64,000 nucleotides of DNA, from positions 32,001 to 96,000 of the IMG/VR virus record IMGVR_UViG_3300037502_002145. One strand, written 5' to 3'. Of the stretch, positions 51,793 to 60,442 are shown piece after piece. Position 1 is the first letter of the stretch, and each line of letters starts with the position of its first letter. Made by a program: the position numbers and the translations under genes. A model generated the notes under the pieces. That model was not told the origin of the DNA. It was given only the letters and a program-made list of their open reading frames with translations, and searched no databases. The DNA comes from a virus.

Positions 51793-53073
51793 ATGTCAGA
51801 TAGATTAACCATATGTAGAAAAATAAAACTTTATCCAGTAGGAGATAAAGAAGAAATAAATAGGACATACAAATTTATAAGAGATGGTCAGTATTATCAA
51901 TATAAAGGTTTAAATTTATTAATGGGGCAATTAGTAAGTAAGTTCTATGAGTGTGGAATGGATCTAAAAAGTCAAATATTTAAAGATTGGCAAAATGTTA
52001 ATTTATGTAATACAAATCAGTTTTTAGATTTAGATTTTGCAAAAGGAGTTGACACTAAATCTTTAATAAAGCAAAAAGTAAAACAAGATTTTTCAACAGC
52101 TATAAAGAATGGATTAATGAAAGGTGAAAGAAATCCACCTACATACAAAAGAGATTTTCCATTATTGACAAGAGGAAGAGATTTGAAATTTTATCATGAA
52201 TATGAAGATTATCCAGAATTTTTAAGTAATTTACGTAAGAATAATGATGTTGTATTTATTAAGTGGGTCAATGGTATTGTATTTAAAGTGGTGTTAGGCA
52301 ATCCTAAAAAATCACAAGAGTTAAGAAGTGTGATTCAACAGATATTTGAAGAAAATTACAAAGTTCAAGGAAGTACGATAGAAGTGAATGATAAGGAAAT
52401 AATATTAAACTTATCAATATCAATACCAAAGAAAACAATAGAACTTAATGAAGATACATCTATTGGAGTAGACTTAGGAATCGCAGTACCGGCTGTGTGT
52501 GCCGTTAATAACAATGATTATAAAAAGTGTTTTATAGGCTCTAAAGATGACTTTTTAAGAGTTAGAACACAATTGCAAAATCAAAGGAAAAGACTTCAAA
52601 GATCACTAAAATCAACTTCTGGTGGACATGGAAGAAGTAAAAAATTATCTTCGTTGGATAATTTAAAAGATAGAGAATCAAATTTTGTTCAAACTTACAA
52701 TCATTATGTTAGTAAGCAAGTAGTGGATTTTGCAATTAAAAATAAAGCTAAATATATTAACATGGAAGATTTGAGTGGTTTTGATTCAAGTGAGTTTATA
52801 TTGAGGAATTGGAGCTATTATCAATTACAACAATATATAACATATAAAGCAGATAAATATGGAATAGAAGTTAGATACATTAATCCATATCATACATCTC
52901 AAATATGCTCTTGCTGTGGACACTGGGAAGAAGGACAGAGAATTAATCAGTCAACATTTGTTTGTAAGTCTTGTGGTTATTCTGTTAATGCAGATTTTAA
53001 TGCTGCAAGAAATATAGCAAAGTCAGATAAATATATTTCTAAGAAAGGAAGTGGTTCAGTTGCAAAAGAATAA
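51793..53073 (+). CDS. cas12f: Cas12f1 (type V-F) miniature effector, 426 aa
   Basis: RuvC GVDLG / MEDL / NADFN intact; YKRDFPLLTRGRDLKF, GGHGR, WSYYQLQ and CSCC..CKSC, as I recall for RhCas12f1/AsCas12f1; adjacent array and anti-repeat. Confidence 0.85.
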   Translation: MSDRLTICRKIKLYPVGDKEEINRTYKFIRDGQYYQYKGLNLLMGQLVSKFYECGMDLKSQIFKDWQNVNLCNTNQFLDLDFAKGVDTKSLIKQKVKQDFSTAIKNGLMKGERNPPTYKRDFPLLTRGRDLKFYHEYEDYPEFLSNLRKNNDVVFIKWVNGIVFKVVLGNPKKSQELRSVIQQIFEENYKVQGSTIEVNDKEIILNLSISIPKKTIELNEDTSIGVDLGIAVPAVCAVNNNDYKKCFIGSKDDFLRVRTQLQNQRKRLQRSLKSTSGGHGRSKKLSSLDNLKDRESNFVQTYNHYVSKQVVDFAIKNKAKYINMEDLSGFDSSEFILRNWSYYQLQQYITYKADKYGIEVRYINPYHTSQICSCCGHWEEGQRINQSTFVCKSCGYSVNADFNAARNIAKSDKYISKKGSGSVAKE

Positions 53074-53128
53074 TTGATTAAATCAATGATACTAATATAA
53101 CACAATAACAAATAAAAAGGAGATAGTT

Positions 53129-53572
53129 ATGGATAATAATGACGAATATTTAAAGAAACTAAATAACATGATTAAAATGTCGGTAGAAGACGTAATGGCA
53201 TTAAACAATTTATTAACAGGTGTTAAGCAGGGTACAAATAAAGTTGATAACGTAGTTAGAATTAATGGTAACAACTTTACAGATTACGATAAGGCTATTC
53301 AGTACATAAACAACTTGAAAAACAAAGATTCATCCTATACTTGGTATGAATACAATGTACAGAAATTTGGTATAGGATATGCAATTCTTAAGTGGTGTCA
53401 ATCTAATGATAAGTATTACAATGAAAGAATGCTTAATTTAGCAATCAGTGAATACTCAGATAATATCAGTAAAAACGAAGGCGATTTTGCAAAACAAGTT
53501 TTAGAAATTTACAACAAAATTCTATCATTACCACAGTACAGAGGAAAAAGATTTGAAGGATTAACTAGATAA
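53129..53572 (+). CDS. Hypothetical protein downstream of cas12f
   Basis: 147 aa with AAGGAG RBS. Confidence 0.55.
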   Translation: MDNNDEYLKKLNNMIKMSVEDVMALNNLLTGVKQGTNKVDNVVRINGNNFTDYDKAIQYINNLKNKDSSYTWYEYNVQKFGIGYAILKWCQSNDKYYNERMLNLAISEYSDNISKNEGDFAKQVLEIYNKILSLPQYRGKRFEGLTR

Positions 53573-53604
53573 AATGAGAATTATATTCAGAAAAGGAGAA
53601 TTGA

Positions 53605-54048
53605 ATGAGTACTAGAATGATATTTATTGAAGAAGAATTAGCTGGTAAGTTAGAAATAATTAACGATGTTGTAAAGATCAACAACGATGATATTAATAAA
53701 ATCATTAAGAGATTGGCAGATGATACTACGCTAATGAGTGAGTGTTTGGATGAAAATGTTTTAAGGTTTAAACTTCATGCTCAACAGACAAGGGATGCTT
53801 ATAAAAAAGTAGTAGAAGAAATTGAAAAGATGATTATAGAAGAATTTAGAAAACATCCTATGGTCGATGAAGTTAATTATATAGAAATTCCAAATCCAAG
53901 TGTGCGAGGAAAATATTCAACAAGACTGGATATAGATGAAACACTTGATGATATAAATTCAATTAGAGAAAAGGTCAAACATTATGTAAACAATGAAGTA
54001 TTTAGAGCACTTGTTGAGGTTGGAGAAAGATATATGAGTAAAAAATAA
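53605..54048 (+). CDS. Hypothetical protein
   Basis: 147 aa with RBS. Confidence 0.55.
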   Translation: MSTRMIFIEEELAGKLEIINDVVKINNDDINKIIKRLADDTTLMSECLDENVLRFKLHAQQTRDAYKKVVEEIEKMIIEEFRKHPMVDEVNYIEIPNPSVRGKYSTRLDIDETLDDINSIREKVKHYVNNEVFRALVEVGERYMSKK

Positions 54049-54088
54049 CGAACATAAAAATTGATTCTGTGCTGAGAAAGGAGATTTA

Positions 54089-54322
54089 ATGAAACAAGAA
54101 ACATACTTTTGCGACTTATGCCATCAACAGGTAGAAAAAGACAAATTACATATAGGTTATTTTGTAAATATATTAAACAGTGGTTTTGGATTAAAGGATG
54201 ATGAAAAATATACGGATGAAAAACTTGATCTGTGTGATAAATGTTTAGATTTATGTACTCCGGTGATTAAGTATGGAGATAAATTTAAGGTGCGAGAATA
54301 TAACAAAGGTGGATACCTATAA
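54089..54322 (+). CDS. Small Zn-binding protein
   Basis: YFCDLC...DLCDKC. Confidence 0.55.
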   Translation: MKQETYFCDLCHQQVEKDKLHIGYFVNILNSGFGLKDDEKYTDEKLDLCDKCLDLCTPVIKYGDKFKVREYNKGGYL

Positions 54323-54543
54323 AAACAACATTTTATAGTGAAGGAGAATTTAAATGAATAGAAAATATATTATTGAACTTACAGGAATTAATGAAGATTA
54401 TCAAGATGATGTAGAAGGAAATATAGAAGAACTTTTTAACAATGTCGTAGAATTTTCAGAAGAAATAAAAATAACAGATATTACAGAAGATGAAGAGTAG
54501 TAGATAAATGTAACATTTTATTGGGAAAATAGGAGGTGGCTAT

Positions 54544-54966
54544 ACGAATATTTTAGAGTGTTCTTCAAAAGGCGATAAGAGATTTTCTGCTTTCTTTGCT
54601 TGGATTACATTATACGGCAAGAACGCAAATATAGAAACTCATTATCAAAGTTGTAAAAGATTTAATGATTCTACAATTGACAAAGTAAAGGGTAAACAAC
54701 CTGATTACATAGTTATAAACGGAAAAGAGTTAGATAAGAAATACTTAACACCATTTTATAAATTACTTTGGGTAAAGTATTTAGATATGCATCCAGAATT
54801 AGTAGAATACGCAAGTAAGTTTGATGATTTTCATGACGTATTCAAAGGTAAGAATACTATCAATTGCCAAGCAGACGTAGTTAGACAATATGTTAAGCAA
54901 GGTAGAAAAAGCATTATGGACGAAGAACTGGTTAAAGAGTTTATAAGTAAATTAAAGAGTAAATAA
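54544..54966 (+). CDS. NADAR-like protein with non-canonical (ACG) start, 140 aa
   Basis: AGGAGG-7 nt-ACG; ILECSSKGDKRFSAF..IETHYQSCKRF..KGK..DVF..NCQA. Confidence 0.5.
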   Translation, partial: TNILECSSKGDKRFSAFFAWITLYGKNANIETHYQSCKRFNDSTIDKVKGKQPDYIVINGKELDKKYLTPFYKLLWVKYLDMHPELVEYASKFDDFHDVFKGKNTINCQADVVRQYVKQGRKSIMDEELVKEFISKLKSK

Positions 54967-54986
54967 TTTCAGAAAGGATAAAATAA

Positions 54987-55304
54987 ATGTTTAGTCAAGT
55001 AATAAAACAGCAAGAAGCTGAAATATCATTGCTAAAAATGGAATTACAAGCGTATAAAGACTCCGAAGAACAAGGATTATTAGTTAAACTTCCATGTAGA
55101 GCTGGTGATACTATTTACGATATTTATGAATTTATCAATAACAGATGTCAACCTGAAATTATTGAATATAAGGCAGATACAATTGGAATAAAAAAAGATA
55201 AAAGTGGTAGATTATATTTTATTATTGATAGTACTATATTTCACCCAGAAGATTTCGGAAAAACTGCATTTTTAAATAAAGATGATGTGATAAAAAAATA
55301 TTAA
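54987..55304 (+). CDS. Hypothetical protein
   Basis: EEQGLLVKLPC..GDT..FGKTAFL, a common Clostridia phage motif. Confidence 0.55.
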   Translation: MFSQVIKQQEAEISLLKMELQAYKDSEEQGLLVKLPCRAGDTIYDIYEFINNRCQPEIIEYKADTIGIKKDKSGRLYFIIDSTIFHPEDFGKTAFLNKDDVIKKY

Positions 55305-55350
55305 AGTACAAATAAATGAGGCATTTTATTTAGAGAAAGGAGGTGATAAA

Positions 55351-56538
55351 ATTTATAAAACAAAGATAATACCAGTTAAATGCGATAAAAATGATTATGA
55401 ATATCTAAAGGGGTTAAATAAATTATCTGCCGAAGTATGGAATTATTGTGTAAAAATTGATAAAGAATATTATGAGCTTAATGGTAAACATATGGATATG
55501 AAAACTATGCAATTTGCTGTAAAGGGATGCGTTAAACTACATGCAAAAGGAATAAATCATGTATACAGAAAATATTTAACGGCTAGGGATGCTATGTTTA
55601 GATCAATTAAAGCAAAACATAAAAACAGCAACAAAGTGAAATTGCCATATAAATGTAAGAGATATTTTAATACTGGATGGGATTACCAAAGCATAATTTG
55701 TGATTATAATAAAGGGTTGTTAAAATTGTCAAGACCTGTCGGGATAGCTACAGATGGCAAAAGACAAAGAGCATCGCCTGTAAAGTGTTATACAAAAGAG
55801 ATACCGCAAAATGTAGTTGAGATAGAGTTAACATATAAAAATAGATTAAACTTAGTCATAAAATATAAAGAGCCCGATATTACACGGAACATAGCTTCTG
55901 CTAATTCAGCCGCTATTGATTTAGGCGAAATACATAGTGTTGCTTCAATAGATAATAACGGCAATGCAATTATCATTACAGGCAGAAAAATAAGAAGCAT
56001 AAAAAGACTGAGAAATAAGGAGCAAGGAAAACTACGCTCCAAGATGTCAAAATGTAAAAAGTATAGTAAACAATATAAGAAATACAATCGTGCTTTATAT
56101 CATATTAAATACGAGAGTGAAAAGCAGATACTTGATTGTGTTCACAAGATAAGCAAATTATATCTTGATTACTGTATAGAAAATCAAATATCTACAGTGT
56201 ATTATGGTGATTTAGATAATTGCACTAGAAATAGTTCTGAAAGAATCGGAAAGTTTGTTGGTCAAAAGCTTAACGAGTGGAATTATGGTAAATTAACTTC
56301 ACAATTGCACAACAAACTAGAACAATACGGAATAAGACTGATTAAAATTAATGAAGCATATAGTTCTCAAACATGTCCGAATTGCCACAAAAGACACAAA
56401 CCAAAAGGGAGGAATTACATATGTGAATGTGGTTATAAACAGCACAGAGATTTAGTTGGAGCAATAAATATATTAAATTTTAATAGCACGACAAAAATAA
56501 AACTATATGAAACATTTAAGTATCTACGGATAGAGTAA
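55351..56538 (+). CDS. tnpB: Solo TnpB-family RNA-guided nuclease, ATT start
   Basis: AAGGAGGTG RBS then ATT TAT AAA ACA (xYKT..), in frame with ORF 55492; AIDLG, YYGDL, NEAYSSQTCPNC, HRDLVGAINI; no tnpA. Confidence 0.85.
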   Translation: MYKTKIIPVKCDKNDYEYLKGLNKLSAEVWNYCVKIDKEYYELNGKHMDMKTMQFAVKGCVKLHAKGINHVYRKYLTARDAMFRSIKAKHKNSNKVKLPYKCKRYFNTGWDYQSIICDYNKGLLKLSRPVGIATDGKRQRASPVKCYTKEIPQNVVEIELTYKNRLNLVIKYKEPDITRNIASANSAAIDLGEIHSVASIDNNGNAIIITGRKIRSIKRLRNKEQGKLRSKMSKCKKYSKQYKKYNRALYHIKYESEKQILDCVHKISKLYLDYCIENQISTVYYGDLDNCTRNSSERIGKFVGQKLNEWNYGKLTSQLHNKLEQYGIRLIKINEAYSSQTCPNCHKRHKPKGRNYICECGYKQHRDLVGAINILNFNSTTKIKLYETFKYLRIE

Positions 56539-56612
56539 TCTGAAGTAGTAGATGGCTAGGTTGGAGTCCTAAGTAGCTCACTTGCTATGAAAGTGAAGAA
56601 TTTTCAGTGATG

Positions 56613-56640
56613 AAAAAGCCAACCAAACGGGCTTTTTATT
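56613..56640 (+). terminator. Probable intrinsic terminator after the TnpB omega-RNA region
   Basis: AAAAAGCC...GGCTTTTT. Confidence 0.55.
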
Positions 56641-56708
56641 GCAAGGAAACAAATATAACACGGTAACAATTAAATTAATATAAATAATACATATTAAAGG
56701 AGAATCGA

Positions 56709-57446
56709 ATGGCAGAGATTGATGTTAGAGATTTAAAAAAGAGTGTGTTTAATACCTTATACGAAATTGATACGAGAGAAAGAAGTGTTAAAAAAGACAC
56801 TGGAAGAACTCAATTAAATTATCTTCCTTGGGCAACTACATATTCGGAGGTTTGTAAGCACTTTAATGACGTTGAGTATGAATTCTTAACTAATACTGAA
56901 ACCACCGAGATAAAAACGATCAAAAAAGTTGATGAAAATACCACTATTGAAACGACAAAAAGCATTACTCAGGAAATTCCTTATACTGTAACAGAAGCAG
57001 GTTTAGAGGTAAATACAAAGATTACGATCAATGGCATTACAAAAACTATGAGATTACCAGTTTATGATTCATCTTTTAGAAGTATGAAATTAGAACCATA
57101 TGAATACAAAACAAAAAATGGCGGGGGAACAGTTCCAGCAGCAACAATAGCAGACATTTACAAGTCCATAATGCGTTGTTTCGCAAAGAATTTAAGTATG
57201 TTTGGAGTGGGCTTGAATTATTGGACAAAAGAAGATGCTCCGGAGTCTGTTCTGCAAATGAACAAACTACAAGCTGAGTGTATGGAATTAATTAAGAAAA
57301 AAGTTGGCATATCTGATAACGCTAAAGCAAAAGTAGAAGAACTTTGTAAGAATGCTGATGAATCTGCAAACGGAGATCCAAGATTAATTGAAAACGTAGA
57401 AGTATTAGAAACACTTAAAAAGGCATTAATGGCAGTTAGAAAATAG
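56709..57446 (+). CDS. Sak3/DUF1071-like single-strand annealing protein
   Basis: LNYLPWA, MRLPVYD, MRCFAKNLSMFGVGL motifs; upstream of ssb. Confidence 0.75.
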   Translation: MAEIDVRDLKKSVFNTLYEIDTRERSVKKDTGRTQLNYLPWATTYSEVCKHFNDVEYEFLTNTETTEIKTIKKVDENTTIETTKSITQEIPYTVTEAGLEVNTKITINGITKTMRLPVYDSSFRSMKLEPYEYKTKNGGGTVPAATIADIYKSIMRCFAKNLSMFGVGLNYWTKEDAPESVLQMNKLQAECMELIKKKVGISDNAKAKVEELCKNADESANGDPRLIENVEVLETLKKALMAVRK

Positions 57447-57499
57447 ATAATGCAATCAATAACAAAAAAATAAAAACAATTAAAAGGAGATTACAAATT

Positions 57500-57940
57500 A
57501 TGAACAAAACAATTCTTATCGGAAGATTAACAAGAGATCCAGAAGTAAAATATTCTCAAGGAGCAAATCCAACAGCCGTAGCAAAATATTCTTTAGCCGT
57601 TGATAGAAAGTTTAAGAAAGATGGAGAACCTGACGCTGACTTTATTAACTGTGTAGCTTTTGGCAAAGCTGGGGAGTTCGCAGAAAAATACTTGAAACAA
57701 GGTACTAAGATTGCAGTCGTAGGCAGAATTCAAACTGGTAGTTATACAAATAAAGACGGTCAAAAAGTATACACGACAGACGTAGTTATTGAAGAACAAG
57801 AATTTGCTGAAAGTAAATCAAGTGGAGGATCAGGTAACGGAAATAGCAAGAACTCCAGACCAGAACCAAGTAAGGCTAATGGTGACGGGTTTATGAACAT
57901 ACCATCCTCAATAGACGATGAGGAGCTACCGTTCCAATAG
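57500..57940 (+). CDS. ssb: Single-stranded DNA-binding protein
   Basis: MNKTILIGRLTRDPE, ADFINCVAFGK, acidic DEELPF tail. Confidence 0.95.
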   Translation: MNKTILIGRLTRDPEVKYSQGANPTAVAKYSLAVDRKFKKDGEPDADFINCVAFGKAGEFAEKYLKQGTKIAVVGRIQTGSYTNKDGQKVYTTDVVIEEQEFAESKSSGGSGNGNSKNSRPEPSKANGDGFMNIPSSIDDEELPFQ

Positions 57941-57943
57941 GAG

Positions 57944-58546
57944 GTGTACATGGGTTACACGCACGGAGTTAAGTGGACTGAAGAATCAATAATTGACGGT
58001 ATCCTTGGTGTTAAAAACACCTTGGGTATCGAGTATATGCCCAGTAAGAAAGAAATGGCATCTGTAACGGGGAATAAAAAACTGTCATGCGCTATGACTA
58101 AACATGGTGGTCATATCTATTTTAGGGACTTATTAGGATTAGAAGAAAAAGAAAGTTGTAGTAAGTTAGGTGATGAAAACGAAATGTATGTAATGGATTT
58201 ATTAAAAGAAAAAGGATATAAACCTAGAAAGACTCCGCCTAGGCATCCATATGACATTCTAGTAAATGATATTGTAAAAATAGACGTTAAATCATCTAAT
58301 GTGATACCAAGCAGAGTTAAGGGAATAAATGAGTTTACATTTTCTATTAATAATGAATTTCCAAAATGCGACTTGTTTGTTTTTATTACAATTTTGGGAG
58401 ACAATAGGGATCTATACATAATACCAAGTAAATATATAATGCAAAGTCAATTGGCAGTCTGCGAAACAAGTAAATATCAGAAATACAAAAACAGATTTGA
58501 TTACATTGAATCATATTTAAAACTTCACAACAAAATTAATAATTAA
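57944..58546 (+). CDS. Putative PD-(D/E)xK free-standing endonuclease
   Basis: G..NE..V..L, PYDILV..KIDVKSS, CDLFVF, YIIPS. Confidence 0.55.
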   Translation: MYMGYTHGVKWTEESIIDGILGVKNTLGIEYMPSKKEMASVTGNKKLSCAMTKHGGHIYFRDLLGLEEKESCSKLGDENEMYVMDLLKEKGYKPRKTPPRHPYDILVNDIVKIDVKSSNVIPSRVKGINEFTFSINNEFPKCDLFVFITILGDNRDLYIIPSKYIMQSQLAVCETSKYQKYKNRFDYIESYLKLHNKINN

Positions 58547-58594
58547 GTAGTATATTATCATGTTAATTAACTGTGAAGATACCACGGAGGACAT

Positions 58595-59071
58595 ATGAAT
58601 AAAGAAAAGGAATATGTTTGTGGTTATCGGCATTGTAAACACTGTGGAGTAAAAGTGCCATCTAGTCAAGCAATAAAAGATGGCACTAGATACTACCACC
58701 AAGATTGCCACAAAGAGAAAGAAGAGAAACAAAAAATATGTGACTTGTATTATAAGTGTTACAAGTCAACAGAAGATTGTCATGTTGTCAGAAAAGCGAT
58801 AGCTCAACTAATTAATGAACAAAATTTTACTAGTGAGTATGTATTGTACGTACTATGTCAATCTATAATACAAAAAATACCTTACAAGAGTATATTCACG
58901 CTAAGCTACATAGTTAAAAATGACATGCAAATAAAAAAGAAATATAACGATTTTAAAATTAAAGAAAAAATTAAGGATTTTAAATTTGATGATACACAAA
59001 CTATTAAAAGAGAAGATTTTAATTACAAGAAGAACACGAAGTCTTCATGGGAAGATACTTTATTTGGATAG
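58595..59071 (+). CDS. Zn-finger replication-associated protein
   Basis: C..C..C..YYHQDC; directly upstream of the helicase. Confidence 0.5.
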   Translation: MNKEKEYVCGYRHCKHCGVKVPSSQAIKDGTRYYHQDCHKEKEEKQKICDLYYKCYKSTEDCHVVRKAIAQLINEQNFTSEYVLYVLCQSIIQKIPYKSIFTLSYIVKNDMQIKKKYNDFKIKEKIKDFKFDDTQTIKREDFNYKKNTKSSWEDTLFG

Positions 59072-59083
59072 GAGGATAGTTAA

Positions 59084-60430
59084 ATGGATTTACCATATGA
59101 CGTAAGCGCAGAAAGAGGAATAATTTGTACATTAATCATGTATCCTCAATTTATTTTTGAAGTATCTACTTTAAAAGATAGTCACTTTTATGATAAGCAA
59201 AATGGAGTTTTATATTGGGCAATACAAGAGTTAGTTAACAAAGGCATAATGAAATTTGATGAAAGCAATTTGTTAATTCAGATAAATACAGATGCAGAAA
59301 AATCTAAAGTCATAGGAAAAGACATTGAAGATCAACTTTGTGAATTGGTTGATAATTCAGCTTTACTAGCAAGGTCTTCTGAGCAAGAGTATAAAGCGTT
59401 AGTAAATAGGGTTATTGGATTAGGATTTAAGAGAGAATTATACCAAGAAATTAAGAAAATAGAAAATAAGTGCTTAACTGACTCAACAAACGATATATCT
59501 AAAATAAATGCAGATATAAATAAAACCATTGACGGTTTAGCCGTTAAATACATAACAGGTAACAATATTGTGAATTTTGGTGATAAGTTAGAAAAATTAT
59601 GGAATAGGCTGGTAGAGAACAGAAATGGAGACGGAACAGTAGGTTATCCTACGGCGTGGGGGTCTTTGGATCAGTTTATTACATATCGCAAAGGTGAATT
59701 AACAGTAATTGAAGCTCAGAGAAAGCATGGTAAATCGGTTGTAGGTATGAACGAAACGTTCCATCTGCTTAAATGTGGGCTTGCCGTAGTTTATTTTGAT
59801 ACGGAAATGAAAGACGATATATTCTTTTCAAGACTGATTTCGCACATGACTGGAATCCCAGAAAAAAACGTGTTATCAGGTGGATACACAGAAGAAGAAG
59901 AAAACGTAATTTTTAATGCTATGAAGTGGATTAAAGATAGACAATTAATTCATGAATATGATCCTTCATGGACAAAAGAAAGAGTAATTACGGAATGTAA
60001 AATATTAAAAAACCAAGGAAGATTAGATTTCTTTATTTATGACTACATAAAAGATACAAGTGGTAAAACATCAATGGGTGAGGTTTACTTGGAATTGGGT
60101 CATTGGTGCAATGATATAAAGAACAAAATCTGCGGTGCTTTAGACATACCGGGATTAACTTTTGCACAATTGAACAGACAAGGGCAAACAGGAGATTCAT
60201 TTAAAATTGAACAGTATGTAACCACAGGTATTACATGGCGACCAAAAACAGAAGAAGAATTAGCTAGAGACGGTAAAGAATGTGGGAATTACTGCATGAT
60301 TATTAATTTTAATCGTATAGGAGATAGTCATAGTGACGGAGATTACATAGATTTTGTATTTAAAAAACCAACATTAACAATTGAAGAAGCTGCTCAACAA
60401 CATAAACGAGAAAATACACCATTTGAGTAA
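59084..60430 (+). CDS. dnaB: Replicative DnaB-like helicase
   Basis: P.D..AE N-terminus, GELTVIEAQRKHGKS, DTEM, YDYIK, AQLNR. Confidence 0.85.
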   Translation: MDLPYDVSAERGIICTLIMYPQFIFEVSTLKDSHFYDKQNGVLYWAIQELVNKGIMKFDESNLLIQINTDAEKSKVIGKDIEDQLCELVDNSALLARSSEQEYKALVNRVIGLGFKRELYQEIKKIENKCLTDSTNDISKINADINKTIDGLAVKYITGNNIVNFGDKLEKLWNRLVENRNGDGTVGYPTAWGSLDQFITYRKGELTVIEAQRKHGKSVVGMNETFHLLKCGLAVVYFDTEMKDDIFFSRLISHMTGIPEKNVLSGGYTEEEENVIFNAMKWIKDRQLIHEYDPSWTKERVITECKILKNQGRLDFFIYDYIKDTSGKTSMGEVYLELGHWCNDIKNKICGALDIPGLTFAQLNRQGQTGDSFKIEQYVTTGITWRPKTEEELARDGKECGNYCMIINFNRIGDSHSDGDYIDFVFKKPTLTIEEAAQQHKRENTPFE

Positions 60431-60442
60431 GGAGGATTTTGA

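Larger units (their letters stand above)
29144..55329. repeat. Dispersed 18-bp junction palindrome ATAAAA-N6-TTTTAT (27 copies in this span, 2 more in the left arm)
   Basis: Copies listed in the findings; mostly between a stop codon and the next RBS. Confidence 0.8.

Noticed and set aside
50530-54070. Additional junction-palindrome candidates near 50532 and 54053
   Set aside because: Spacer length or arms deviate too much, so they were not counted.
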